Shown piece by piece: positions 26,031 to 40,200 of a stretch of 64,000 nucleotides of DNA (its first letter is position 1; every line of letters begins with the position of its first letter). Under the pieces are notes generated by a model. The model did not search any database. It was not told where the DNA came from and saw only the letters and a list, made by a program, of their open reading frames with translations. Both the position numbers and the translations under genes were made by a program. Origin of the DNA: Selaginella moellendorffii (taxonomy: Eukaryota; Plantae; Lycopodiophyta); NCBI RefSeq assembly GCF_000143415.4, contig NW_003314286.1:62001-126000 (forward strand). The letters are read 5' to 3'.

Positions 26031-27594
26031 CTCTTGCAATATTGAGGAATTAGTTTTAATATTGAGTGGGTTCTCAACACTAACAAGTGCAAGTCAACAA
26101 TATAAAATTCTCATCACTATGCTAAGTATACTTGATTTAATGACAACTTATCATTTTTTAGTGTCCTTTTGGTTTTAGTTTCTCAATTAGCTTAAGAAGA
26201 GATTATAAAGGGAACCAACAATACCAACCTCCTACTATTATAGCAGTAAAGAGAGAGTATCTATAAAGATCGGTTGATAAGTATCTTTTGATACTCGAAG
26301 TTATATTTGCAACATGAATGAAAATAATAAATCTAAATATAGTGATAGATAAATAATATTAAGGCTTGAGTCACTTTTTACATAAGGATTGTGTAAGTTT
26401 TTGAATTTAGACTTTTCAGGAAGTCATATAACCTAGTACTACTCAACTTTAAAGATACTTTATTTTATATATCTAATGATCTTTAACCAATTAAAAAATT
26501 TATAGTTTTAATAAAAAACCTCTCTTTAGTTGCTTACAACTTAGATCTTGTAAAATGCAATAAATATTTTCTATTATTTTGTGTTTCTGCAGTTTCTTAT
26601 TTCCTCAATATAGTGGTAGTGGTATAGTAATAATCACCACAATAAGAGATAGATTGTTATTTCTAGAATTAAAATTTTATTTTCTTGATTCTTTAATTTT
26701 CACCAAAGGAATATATAGAGAATGTCATAAACTATATAATGGTAAATGTTTTATAGAATTACTAAGAAAAATATTCTTGATTATAAACATCACAATCAAA
26801 GAGATAAATGACAAGTTTGTAAAAGACCTCATATCTAGATGTTCAGCTTTTATAATCTCCACTTGCAAACACATTGATTGATCATTTAGTAAAACTAAAC
26901 CCCTTTATAATTATGAACTAAAAAGGCAAATTCCTCATTAATAAATGGCAGCCTCTTGGAAAAAAACCCAAAACTCTGAATAAGCAATCCAAATTACTAA
27001 CTTAAACAATCTGTTCCAAAAAAATCCTATACTCATAAATTTACTTGAGAACAAGATAAACACTTTAACTCATAAGTTTGCCCTAGTCTAACCTCATAAA
27101 ACCAAATTATATTGAGATGATGAAATTATTAATAAAAAACAAAAAAAATAAAGAAGAAAAAATTTGAACACTCTTAAGTACAAAGTCCTCAAACTATTTT
27201 AGAGTCTTTATAGGTCTTGAATTTAAATCATATGAGCAAAGATTTACAAGAGATAACAAATACATAACATCATCCTCTTATGTGGTGTAGGATTAAACTT
27301 AAATGGATATCCTTGATGGAAATTTGCAACCAACTCAAAAGGTGAGAAGCACACTTTCAAATACAATCACTAAGAAAATACCTAAGCTAGTCAATTAAAC
27401 ACTAAAGTTTATGATATAAATAAAAGATTGTAAATAAGACTAAAAGGTGTGGTGATTTCCCTCCACAGTATTGATGGGACTAAAAGGTGGTGATTTCCCC
27501 TCCACAAAATTGATTAAAAAAATTATAAAATTGATGTAGTGGCAAGATGTCAACTCTTCTTTTGTCGAAAAAATTCTTGACAAATAAGACAAAT

Positions 27595-27815
27595 TAATGA
27601 ATATCACATGCTTGCATGATATATAATAAGATCATTGTTTTGATGCTATTTTCTATGTCTAATAGTTGATCATCATGAAATTTTTGCAGGCTGCAATGCA
27701 CCAGAAACCAACTATAACACTTGTCAATCCCAGAAGATCCACTAGCGTGATATTCAAAACATTCAGCAAAAAGATTTTCAGTCTCATTTACTTTATTGGA
27801 AACTCCTTTCTTGAA
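27595..27815 (-). pseudogene. Captured DRP3 exon-2 fragment, copy 1
   Basis: Aligns by eye to 12450-12630 (DQLLDIENSIKTMILLYI vs [18 protein letters not shown]; gatccactagcgtgatattcaaaacatt..aaagattttcagtct). Confidence 0.85.
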
Positions 27816-28199
27816 AAGCATTCTTTCACGTGCACACCACCTTGTTGCCACAACTTAGAATAGATAACAGTCTTCACAGAGGGAAAAGAAAAATGGTGTT
27901 TTTGTTTAATTTTTAATCATTACTCAAATGGCATCTTTATGAACAAACATCCAACCATGAATCAACAAAGCCATTAAGCAAGGGTTTTATGCTGGGATCC
28001 ACTTTCATTTTCTTTTCACCTCTTCTAATAGAAACTTGACTTTCCTCCCTCAAATAGAGGTTACACCAGAATGACAAAGTCTGTAGAAACCAAGAGTTTA
28101 ATACACCCATTACAAGATAACTCTCGTTAGCATCAGCTACTTCAATGTACTCTTGTGTTGGGAAAACTTGTTCAGATCCAAGGTATAAAAAGCACTACC

Positions 28200-30390
28200 C
28201 TACAATAAAAGGAAAACTTCAAATTACATTACCTGGTAAAGTGTCTTACTTGTCTTAACTTGCACAAGAACAGGAATAAGGGTCATCGGGTGTTGCTGCT
28301 GCGAAGCAGTGTCAGTCTCTGAGACTTAGCCACGATCTCCCTAGGAACTCTCACCTGACATATCTAAGAAAAACAGGCGTCTGACCCAAATCCGGTGCTG
28401 ACAGCATGCACATTCGAGCCTTGTGTCTCATCTGCGCCATCTGTTCACTGTGGATCCTTGGTTTCACAATCTTGGCTGGAATCTCTAGCTCATGTGAAGT
28501 GACCGTGTACACATCATCTTGAAGAAACCTAGAGATCAAATTTGCAGGTTGCATCCCATCCATTGCTTTTGCAATCATCTCCACTGCAATCATTTCGTAT
28601 CCGTCCCCAATTCCGCTGCTTCTTGACTGGGCGTTATAACCATAAGCAGTATCAGCTATACTCTATAAGCCTGATGGTTCGCCAACTTCTAAATAGTGCC
28701 ACAAAAAATGGAGAACAAGAGGCTCCTCAATACGCAGTAGAACGTTTGCTGTGTCTGACCCTTCCGTCGAAGAATCCAAATCTTGCATTTCAAGCGTTCC
28801 ACGGGCATGCAACCTTGCAAGTCCGTATTGAATCAAACCCTCTTGACATGCTTCCTAAAAAAGTCCTACACACTTTTGTAGGAAATGGCGAACTCCGTCC
28901 CAAAGTGTTAACTGCCATTGGCCTGTACTCTCGTATTCAACAAAGTAAGCAGTTGCTTTGCTGCGGTAACTTTTCAGGAATAAACGATTTTAATTGCAGT
29001 GTTTATGCTACTTTGGGGGATTTTATGAGGAGGCCGACCTGAAGGATTATGCTAGTCGGATCCTTAAAGATACATCACAGGTGGATTTTCACAGGGTCTT
29101 CCAGCTATATAAGATGGGTTTTGTGTTTCACCAGAATAGTAGAACATGCTTGTGCGAAACCCAGCCATCAAACAACGCTAAAAACACATCCAAAAGAGAT
29201 CTTGTTCTTGACAGGTGAATCAAACCTATTAACCAAGTTGTCCTGCACCACCTGGCATTCGTCGTCCGTCTTAATCAAACGATCAAATACCTCTTCGATC
29301 CCACAGTCACTGGATATTAACTCATGTAGTTTAACATTTAGAACGCCATCTCTCGCCACACGGTCAGCTCGGGGATTCTTGTCTGTAATGGATACAATAG
29401 CTCACTTAGTTCTGCCAGGAAGTGAAATCCAACCTACTTAAACAACCAGTATTTGGCCCAAACCTGAAGTGGCATGCTTCTTGTTAGGGACAAATGCATA
29501 TCACTCCCCTCTCTTACGTAACTACCCTTTTGCCACGCCCACTCCTCACTGAATTGTGCATTCTACCCCCCTGTGCTACCTCCTTCAACTTGTCTAGGAT
29601 GAAGAATCTGCTGAGGAGAACAGCTTTGAAGCAGCACCATGTCACGTGCATCGGAATTGACTGGTTTCCTGGATACAGAACCATTAGCGGCATCTAAGTC
29701 TGCGGAGCCCTCCATTCCAATCCGTCCCATAGGAACAAAATACAGAGGCAAACGGTCCACTGCAACCTGAGCCTTTCCAGGGCCAGAAACATCGAAAAGT
29801 ACCACCAGGCCAGGGTGTGTTATATCCACTTGATCCAGAATGTATTTGGAGGCAGGCAATGCCAGGAAGGCAAGGTTTAGGACTGTCGGGAGCTTGGAAA
29901 ACCGTCCCTTTTGCAAACGTCTGGAAAGCTGGCCTTAAAATCACTTCCCAACGCCAAAGAGTAGAAAGCCTGTCCTCCCGTCCTCTAGCTTTAATGGGTG
30001 TCTCCCACTCAACGATGCCGGCTTAGGAAGTACTTGATCTGCTCTATGTATTTGGTTCCATACTTGTCCAAGAGAGCTTGCACATCTCGATGGACGGCAT
30101 TGTAGCGATCCAGCAGCAGCATCAACAAGATCAAACAATTAAGCTTTGAACGAACACATAGAAAGGCAAGAATACACAAGTAACGATTCGTCAGTACACC
30201 AGATCCACAAGGAAGCACACGTAAGTAAATGGCAGGGGGCGCTGCAAAAACAAAATTTGTCAGCAATGGATGAACAAGCCAAGACCAAACATTTGAGTAA
30301 GATAAGCTTTTCTTCTCAGCCGGCCCTCCTTCTTCCTCAGCTGGTCCTCTTTTTTCTGCCAACCTCACATATTTGCCTCTATTTGCCAAG
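28200..30390 (-). pseudogene. Degraded Crinkler-like P-loop NTPase(+REase?) gene, copy 1
   Basis: Decayed Walker A VVLFDVSGPGKAQV followed by LYFV..GSADL. Many stops and frameshifts. Colinear with 43600-45700. Confidence 0.55.
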
Positions 30391-30708
30391 TGAATATTCC
30401 AGAATCAGAGTTTAAGTAACCCTTTTTATTATTAAAATTAACAAGAAAATAAGTACAAACAATACCATTTGAAACGTATTTTAATGTAAGCCACTTCAAA
30501 TATTGATTGCAAGCATATAATATTCTAGAAAACGAACGCGACATTAGAAAGTTTTAGTTAATAACAACTCAAACTGAGCTTTACTTGAGTTTATTTATTT
30601 CTTAAACTAATGTTAACTAATGTTATTGAGTGGTTTGCCTAAGCAAACCGAAAGTAAGAAAGAGAAACGAAACATAGCACAGAATATACTTTATGCCGTT
30701 TACTAACT

Positions 30709-31805
30709 CTAGCGCCGGCACACCATTCCCCTGCTTCCATCCCCGCTGTGACACTCCATTGACGGCAGAGCCATCCCTGCCTTGCTCTTCATCTCAATCA
30801 CATCCTCGCCGGCACCAAGCTGCGCTGTGGATTCCTGGAACCGCGACACCTCGCAATCGGAGTTGAAGAGCGATGACACCGCGAATCGCTTCTCCCCGCC
30901 CATGACGGGCATGGCGACGCCGATCTTCACCCGGCTCCGGAACCCCGCCGCGTACGTCTGGCCGAGCACCCCGTGCACGTCGCGCGACAGATCCCCAAAC
31001 TTGAAATTCACCTCGAGGTGCGCGAAGCAATCGTCGGCCGTGATGTCGTAGCGGTGGACGCGCGATTCCTCCGCGGTGATGGGCACCACCCTCACCACCG
31101 CGCGGAAGCTCCCGGGCCTCTCCACCGCGATGGCATTGGCGAGCGCGATGCGCGAGATCTTGAGGTCCCCAGCAGAGGGGAACTCCACCGCCGAGCCCTG
31201 CCCCGCCGGGACGAGGACTGGGCTCTCGTCCAGCGCTATGGAAATGTGATCCACGGAATCGTCCCAGATCGAGGCCCTCTTGGCGCCCACGTAGAGCTTG
31301 TGGCTGCCAAACATGATCCCGAGCGCCTGGACCCAGGTGAAATCGCGCGTGGATCCGGCCCTGTTCTTGCCGATGAAGTGCGCATTGATGTGGAGATCTC
31401 TGTCCGAGACCAGGCAGAAATCCTTGTCCTTCTTGCCGTGGAAGTAGAACATTATCCCGTCGCCGCCGATGAATCGTGGGTCCTGGCACACCGCTCCCGG
31501 CTTGTCACACGCTGGATCACCTCAATCGAATCGAATGGGCCACACAGACGAGAGAAACGAGATCAAGTTCGTGAGAGCACCAGAGAGAGGGATTCGTGAC
31601 GGTTAGAAGACCCACCGCAAATCGGCTTGCAAAACTTGCAATCGACCTGGCACGCCTTGGGGCATCCCGCGGGGCATTTGTGGACGACGCCATAGCAGGC
31701 CTTGAAGAAGGGATCCGAGCAGCTCGCGGACCAAGCGCGAGCGCCATGGATCGAGCAAAACAACAGCGCGATCGCCACACCCAGCACCACTGCCGCTCTC
31801 GCCAT
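30709..31805 (-). CDS. Root-cap / LEA-related secreted protein
   Basis: Signal peptide, Cys-rich CPAGCPKACQVDCKFCKPIC, then CQDPRFIGGDGIMFYFHG, RDFTWVQALG, DDCFAHLE and VHGVLGQTY. One intron. Confidence 0.92.
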
Positions 31806-32349
31806 TTCTCTCGCAAATCCAAAGCCAACTGCCCCAAATTTACGCGCGAAACAGAGCCCTAACCCTAATTCTAAGCTATCTCCGTTAGTGGGCTCTGTGC
31901 TGCCAACCTGACAAAAGGAGTGTATATTATGAATGTGAGGGGTCGGTGGAGCGTCATATGAGCTTCTTTACAGAGGCCACTGTCAGTGCCAGGACATGGT
32001 TGGAAAGAGTAGAAATATTTTGTATTAAATTTTCTATCGTATTGCATGTACACAACACGACCAGATTGTACGCTTTTGTATCCACGCAAGTGTTGTATTC
32101 GTTATGTTCTTTTGCCTGGGTAGATACGCTCCTGGGCTACGGATTCCGTATTTCGCGGTGTCCTTGCGCGGTCGTCGCAGGTCAACGCTAAAGAGCAGAG
32201 CTGGGGTTCGATTCTCGATATGGCGGTCAAGGTTAGTAAACGGGTAATGGTCAAATTTGGTCAAAGGAAACGTGGCCGTCCATTTGGAGGAGGATTTGGT
32301 CTTCTTTTCGGACAGGAGTCCAAACTTTCTAGGCATTTTTCCAGCAGCA

Positions 32350-33644
32350 ATGAGGAGCAAATTCTTTGCCGGTGTGGCGAGGAGGGCATTTGGATCGGCT
32401 AGATCGACGCGGGCTCTTTCTCTCAAAGGTACAATCGATCTAGATCTGGAATGGAGGTTTTTAGATCTGATAGATCTGGGAGGGGTAATGCTTTCGTGCT
32501 GCGAGTGGAATGCGGGATCTGGAGAGCTGTGCTTGAGCTTTTTGGCCAGATTTCTGGGCTAGGTTAGCTCGATTTGCTTCACAGTAGCGTCTCACACGGA
32601 ATTATTGTTTATCTTCGTCGTTTTTTTACTTGCCTTTAAGATGGGAGAGCTTTTGGAAGTGCCGCGATTTGCAAAGGAGTTCCTCAGTCCGTGCTAAGTT
32701 TTGCTGCTCGTGCTACTCACGAGAGCACGGCAAGCGCGAAATGGCTTTTAGCTGCGGCTGCTCTTCCAGCTGCTGGTAAGATCTAGAGGAACTTTATCCT
32801 GGCAAGAATTGTTTTCTTTGAGACAATCTATAGTTCTCACTTCTTCCTTTTTGTAAGCAGTGCTGGCATCCGCGGTTTCAACTGTGCACGCTGCAGAGGT
32901 ATTTGTGTTTTTTCACTAGTTCGGGAAAGGAGTTTACAATGTTTGCTTTCGATTTTTTCTTTGTTTTTCATTGACAGATTGAGCGAACTTTTATTGCTAT
33001 CAAGCCGGACGGAGTACAAAGGGGTCTGGTAAGTTTTTTTCTTTCTTTGAAGAACTTTGAAAAAGCTGCTTTTCAGTTTGATCAACTTTATCGTCGTTTT
33101 CCACTTTATTTTTCTTTTGTTTTCCCCAGATTTCCGAGATAATTTCTCGTTTCGAGAGGAAGGGCTACAAGCTCGTGGCAATCAAAATCCTGACTCCTAC
33201 CAAGGAGTTCGCTATGCTCCACTACGATGATCTTAAGGAGCGTCCATTTTTCAATGGACTCTGCGATTTCCTGAGCTCGGGTCCAGTAGTTGCCATGGTG
33301 AGCTTTTCGGCTTTTATTTTCATTGACCGCAACTATTCTTCCAGGTATGGGAAGGTCAAGGAGTGGTAAAATACGGAAGGAAACTCATTGGAGCTACAAG
33401 TCCACACAACTCGGAACCTGGAACAATTCGCGGTGATCTGGCGATCTCCGTTGGAAGGTAGCGAGCTCTTTTATTATATTTTTTCTCTCTCTTCTAGAGT
33501 TGAGTTCTTCACTCAAACTACAGGAACATCATTCACGGAAGCGACGGGCCGGAAACCGCAAAGAACGAGATAAACTTGTGGTTTAAACCGGAGGAACTGG
33601 TCGACTACGGCCTTGATTCCGAGAAGTGGCTGTACGAGCCATAA
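32350..33644 (+). CDS. NDPK3: Organellar nucleoside diphosphate kinase (NDPK3/4 type)
   Basis: [55 protein letters not shown]-terminal presequence. Confidence 0.92.
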
Positions 33645-34350
33645 AACGCCGCGAAGAAACTCGGGATCGAGAGACGAGAAAAACTGGAGTTGCCGTCCCA
33701 GAGAAAGCGAAAGAAGGAGAAGAAGAAGAGAACCAAGAAGTTCTAGCTGGAATCTCCAAGCAGAGACATTTTTGATAAAACCAACACAGAATAATTCACA
33801 AAGGAAAGCTCTGCCGGCTTTTCATGATTCATGCTCGTCGTGCCTTTTTCCACAGATGCAGCTGAAATGTTCAGTCTTTCTCCAGAAAAGCAAGCGAGCA
33901 AATCAAATCAAGTGCGAGACGTATTTCATGTGTGGTGCTCCTGGACTGGAGGCTTTTGACCCGTCATTCTTTCGTGCTCTTTGGAGTTTTGTCAAGCTTG
34001 GATGTCGCTCTCTCTCTCTGTCTCTCTCTTTCGTTTTCTCGATCGAGGACCCGGGCCCGAGAAGTTTGCTATGGTTTTGCTGCGTTTAGAAAACGTGGAA
34101 TCCTGGTGGCCGTCACTCGCGGGAAAGAAAAAGGAACGTTTTTTTTTTGTTCCCTTTTTTCTGGCTCAGGGGATCAAGAAAAAATGGGCAGTCGGCGACA
34201 AGCACTTCCATGTCGTGATTCACTCGAACTAGCAGAAAGTTATTTGATTCCTGGGCTCTAGAATCATTCCTCCAGCGCTTGCATGCCTCCGGATTCATTG
34301 CCTCTATTCTTTTTTTGCTATCCATTCATTCAGTCATTTTTTCTGGAGCG

Positions 34351-36960
34351 ATGTCGACGGATTTGGAGACGGGTGGTCTCGCTGGATCGGATCAAAGCCA
34401 CCCAAAATCGAGCACAACGCGATGGGTAAAATCGGTGAGTGGAGAGAGAGAGAGAGAGAGAGAGAAGATCTCTTGTTCTATGCATATTCATTCTTTGTAC
34501 CTACTTGAATTTTGGCAGTGGAAAACGATTACGCTGGCGTACCAGACGCTGGGAGTTGTGTATGGCGATCTGGGAACTTCGCCTCTATACGTCTACCCGA
34601 CCATGAATTTCAAGTCGCCCCAGGGCGAGGATTTTCTGGGAACTTTCAGCATCATCTTCTGGACGCTCACGCTCATCGGCCTCGCAAAGTACGTCTTCAT
34701 TGTTCTCCATGCGGACGATCACGGCGAAGGTTTTTTTTTTTCTTCCGCAACTTTCTTTCCTTGTTCTTGGAAAGCTCTTTAAAGTTTGATCGTTTCTCTT
34801 GGAACCGTATAGGTGGAACGTTTGCGCTCTACTCGCTCCTTTGCCAGCATTTGAAGACGACGATCAAGGGCCACAAGTATGGACGAATGCTGTCGGATTC
34901 CAAGCTCTCGCACTTTAGCAAGACCAACGAGGCCGAGAGCCCAACCGCCTTTGCACGCTTCATTGAGAGGCGAAAGTCCGCTCAGAGGCTCTTGCTCTTC
35001 GTTGCCATGCTCGGGACTTGCATGCTCATTGGCGATGGAATTCTTACTCCTGCCGTCTCGGGTATGGTTCTTATGTTTAGCTTTCAAACTCTCAAGTTTA
35101 TGTTCTACAGTGTTGTCAGCCATGGCTGGAATCGCCACAGCCACACCGAAAATAAACCAATGTGAGTCCAGTCGTTGCTTTGTCTTTGCATTGCTTGTTT
35201 TGGATTCTGCTCTCTCGCTTTTCTGATTTGATACCTTTTTTTTTCGTCTACAGCTACTGTGGTTTGGCTCTCAGCTGCTGTTCTCGTCGCCTTGTTCTTG
35301 CTCCAGAGATTTGGAACAAAGTGCGTCAGCTTTGTCTTCTCTCCTATAATGGCCATTTGGCTCATCACCACCCCTTTGATCGGGCTCTACAACATTGTCA
35401 TTCATTACCCCCAGATCTACAAAGCTCTGTCCCCTCACTACATCGTCACCTTCTTCCAGAGAAATGGGAAGGATGGCTGGCTCGCTCTTGGTGGAACCGT
35501 GCTTTGTATAACAGGTTCGTCTTTCAGTATCTTCTTCCAACGCTCCAAGTTTTCTTCGTCTTGTAGGCGCCGAGGCAATGTTTGCAGACCTTGGACACTT
35601 CACAAAGTCCTCCATCCAAGTAAGCTTTGCGAAAGTTTTATACCATCGTATCGATGATAACGATTGATTTTGTCTCCCAAGGTTGCTTTCGCGTTTATGA
35701 TCTATCCCTCGGTGCTGCTAACTTACGCCGGACAATCGGCATACCTGGTGAGACATCCAGGCGACCACCGAGAGGCATTCTACAAGTTTCTTCCTCGTTC
35801 CATATACTGGCCGATGTTCGTGGTGTCGACGCTGGCGGCTATAGTCGCCAGCCAGGGACTCATCTCGGCTGCGTTCTCCATCATCAAGCAATCCATAGCT
35901 CTCGACTATTTCCCTCCGGTGACCATGGTTCACACCTCTCAAGACAAGGAAGGCCAGGTTTACTCTCCCCAAGTTAACTATTGTCTCATGGTTCTCTGCC
36001 TGGCCGTGCTTTTTGGATTCCAAGGTGGTCCAGAGATTGGCAATGCTTTTGGTACGCAAAACCTTCTGGTCTTTCTTTCATCCAACACAAGATTCTCTTC
36101 CAGGTGTGGCAGTCATTTGGGTGATGCTAATCACATCTTCACTCATAACGCTGGTGATGCTTATCATCTGGAGAACTCCCGTGATCCTAGCGCTCGTCTA
36201 CATCACAGTCTACGGGACCTTGGAAGGAGTGTACCTCTCGTCAGTGCTCACGAAGCTCCGCGAGGGTGGCTGGTTTCCTTTCGGCATTTCCGTCATCCTG
36301 GCCTTGGCGATGTTTAGTTGGCACCACGGCCGCGAGAAAATCTCCGACTACGAGATGATCAACAAGGTGACCGTGGACAGCCTCGACGAGCTCTTCTCTC
36401 GAGCGGCCAAGCAGCGAGTTCCGGGGCTGTGCCTCTTCTACACGGACCTCGTTCATGGCGTCCCCCCGATCATGAGACACTATGTAAATAACGTTCGCTC
36501 GCTCCACCAGGTGATCGTCTTCATCACCATCCGCTACGTTCCCGTCAGGACGGTTCTCCCGGACGAAAGATTCATCCTGGAGCGATGCGGCTACGCGGGG
36601 GTGTACCGCTGCGTGGCCCAGTATGGCTACACGGACGTGCTGGAAGGGGAGGAGTTTGTGAGCGACGTGATCGAGGCTCTGGCGATCTTCGTGGCTTCTC
36701 GGGAAGATCACGAAGAACTCGATAGCGATGGCGATGGCGCTGCTCTTGTAAGTGATCTGTGGCGAGCAAAGGCCGCCGGCGCTGTTCACGTCATGGCAAA
36801 GGCTGATTTCCGGATGAGCGAGGAGAGGAGCGGCTGGTTCGAGCGGCTGGTCCTAGACGGCATCTATAGATTCTTAAGGAATAATTGCCAGATGCCCGTA
36901 GCGGCGCTCAAGATCGCCCCCCAGAATGTAATCGAGATTGGAATGATGTACGAGATTTAA
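34351..36960 (+). CDS. HAK/KUP/KT potassium transporter
   Basis: [59 protein letters not shown]-terminal IEIGMMYEI. Confidence 0.95.
34442..34465 (+). repeat. (GA)n microsatellite in HAK intron 1
   Basis: gagagagagagagagagagagaga. Confidence 0.9.
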
Positions 36961-37259
36961 AAATGGAGTCTTGGTCGGTTTGACTTGAGTTGACTAGAAG
37001 GGACTGTGACCGTGGACTAAAGTTGACTGGGACTGTGACTGGGAGATTCTCTGACGTGACTTGTTGGAGGGAGCACTAGAGGGGATGCAAATCTTTTGAT
37101 GCCGCGTTAGTGGAGTGCTGAATCGATGCCACTAGCGCCATTTATCATCAAGCACATGAATCTTAAGCTCAGCGTTCTCTAGCAAATGATAAGAGGACAG
37201 CAACTTTACGATTTCTTTTGGAATTTCTTAGAGTATCGCTAGCAGTGCCACTAGCACCA

Positions 37260-40200
37260 ATGGAGGATTGCCGGTTCAGGGCCAGGACGGTCGCCATCTG
37301 TGCGAATATACGGCGAGAGGGTATAAAAGATGGAACGATGAGCGGGGAGAAAAAATTCTGTGCGTTTCGAGTGTGTTTTTGTGTGGGGCTGTGTATTAGT
37401 TTTAATGGCTCCAAACCCACAGGAGGGAGCCTCATTTGTCAGCCTTGCGCTATGGCATTGGATGCAACCATTGATTAACCTTGCGAACAAAAGGCCTCTA
37501 GAGGTAAGTTTGTATGAATCACATTAACTGAAGCTAACATTGGTGTGACCAGATGGATGATTTATATGATCTTTGCAAAGAGGAGACCACTGTTTTCAGC
37601 GACAAGCGCTGGAACAAAGCCAGGGAGAAGAACAAGAAAGCGTCTGTATGGAGAGTGATGCTCTGGTTTCAAGGAAGAAAACTGTTGTGTTATGCTATGA
37701 CCACCAGGATTCTGTGGCTTGCTTGTGGCATCTTACAGGTAAATGCCATGTTAAATTTCTTCTACATTCTTGTTTTATCTGTGTCACAGGTCTACGCGGT
37801 CAAAGCTTTGGTACTGACCGTTGAACACCCGTCTTCCATGAGATGGTGGAAAGGGTTTGTACTGCTGCTCGCGGCGGTCGTGTTTCCACTCTTGCAAATG
37901 CTGTGTCAAAGCTATCTCTCGGTCGCGTTTATAAGGCTTGGCGTGCAAATTCGAGCAGCGGTGTGCATGGCCGTGTTTAACAAGGTTGAAATTTGACTGA
38001 AAGTGTTGACTGGTCCTTTGACTCAGGTTGACTGAATGGTGCAGATCCTTGTCATGAATGCGGTGTCGCTCAGCCACACAAGCAATGGCCAGCTTCTCAA
38101 CATTATCGGGAATGACATGCAAAAGCTCATGGACTTTCTGAATGCCTTTCCCTTCGGTAATCATAAATGTCATAGAAACTCTTGTACTAATCTCTAGTGT
38201 CTTAGTTGCTGTGCTGATCATCGATGTGCTGGTTATCACTGGTGTTGCGGGGTATGAGATTGGGATCTCAGCAATTCCTGGGATACTGATAATTCTCCTG
38301 GCACAATTCTTTCAAGTTAAGTTCCTCTGAGATTCTCTAAGCTAAAAAGCTTTTGTCTTTTAGATTGGACTTGGGAGGAGGATCAAGAGCCTCAGGAGGA
38401 GAGCACTGGTGTTCATAGATGCCAGAGTCCGAATGGTCGGGGACGTGGTGACGGGAATTAGAGTTATCAAATACAATGGTTGGGTTGTTCCATTCTTGAA
38501 GCAAATAGCCATCACTCGGGCCCGGGAGCTAAGCTGGATAGCAAAAGCATCTTTTATGCGGGGAGTGGCCACGGCTGTCGGGGTGAGATATATTATTATA
38601 CTATTTTTCAAGATTCAAACTATTTTTTCTTTATAGGATGCTTACGTACCATTAGCTTGTTTGGCCACCTTTGGCGTCTATGTTTTCCTCCACGGGGGGA
38701 ATCTAAACGCCAAAAGTACATTTACAGTTTTGCCCTTCTTGGGAGTCTTGTATAAATCAGCCGGCTCAGCAAGACCAGGTGTGTAAATATCGTTTCAACT
38801 TCACATAACAAAGTTGATGCTAGGGTTCTTAATATTTGGAGAAGCAATGATAGGCATGGATCGTGTACAGAGATTTCTTAATATCCATGTTGAGAACACT
38901 ACCAAAGTAATTCAGACAACTTTTTTCAATGCGCCAATTACAATATAATGTATAATTGCAGAAATCTGCATTGCACGCAAATGCAACGGTCAAGGCAGTA
39001 AGCTGCTCTTTCACCTGGGAACCCTCGGGCACTAAAGGATCCAGCAGGCAACTTGGTCAACCAGTTCTAAGAAACATCAACCTTGAGGCCAGAAAAGGTG
39101 AGCTAGTTGCCATTGTGGGATCCACTGGGAGTGGAAAGAGTTCTTTGCTTCTGGGACTGCTAGGCGAACTAAAGGTTTGATGAAATGCAATGATTTAAAT
39201 TTGAAATTCATTTCTTTCTGGTAATAATTTCAGGTACTCAGAGGCTCTTACAGCTTACAACAAGATGCTGTTTATGTACCGCAACAGCCATGGATAATAA
39301 ATGACACTGTTCGTAATAACATTCTTTTCGGCAGTGATTTTGATTTGGAGCGATATCAAAGTGTTCTCTCTGCGTGTGCTTTGGATCAGGATGCATCTTG
39401 CTTCCCAAATGGGAGCGACTCTGAAATCGTAAGACTTGATTCCTCCTCCATTAGTTTTTCTTAACTTTTTATACGTCACCAGGGTGAAAGAGGAATAAAC
39501 TTAAGTGGCGGACAGAAAGCTCGCATAAGTTTAGCCCGGGCATGCTACAATGCCTCACCAATTGTTCTTCTGGACGATCCATTTGCGGCGGTGGATGTTC
39601 CAACAACACAGCATTTGATCCAGCACGTCTTGGGTGGCGTTCTCAAGGGCCGAACGGTGATCATCGTCACCAACAACGAGATGTGCTTGACAATGTGTAA
39701 CAAAGTTTACCGCCTCGAGTATTCCACCCTACATCTCAGCGAGGCCGAGAAGGAGATCAACCGAGGCCTGGTCAGTTACAACGCTAGATCATCACTTGAG
39801 AGCTCCCAGCAATCGATTGAACATACCTCTCCCGTGGTTATAAAAACCACCAATGCTCAACTCCAAGGATCTAGTGGATCGCTGGTCAAGAAAGAGATCA
39901 GTCTGGCAAGTAGAGGAATCGCTGCAAAAGACTTGAAGGAGTACTTTAATACGATGGGATGGTAAGTACTTGAATCGATATGAACTTCCTCACTATCTGT
40001 TTGTTTTTTTTCTTCAGGGCACTGGTCATCCTTGTAGGAATAACCTTTGTTATCACGCAGTGTGCTTTAACGGCTGGGGATTACTGGCTAAGTGTGTGGA
40101 CGGATAAAAAATACAACTTGCAAGCAGGTCCATATGTTGCAATTTATGCTGCTCTTGCAGTTGGGTTCCTCATTTTTGCTTCACTTCGAGTCTCTCTATT

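Noticed and set aside
30782-31599. Long antisense or alternative-frame ORFs over the root-cap gene (also over HAK, FPP and the Gly-rich genes)
   Set aside because: Expected shadows of GC-rich coding sequence.
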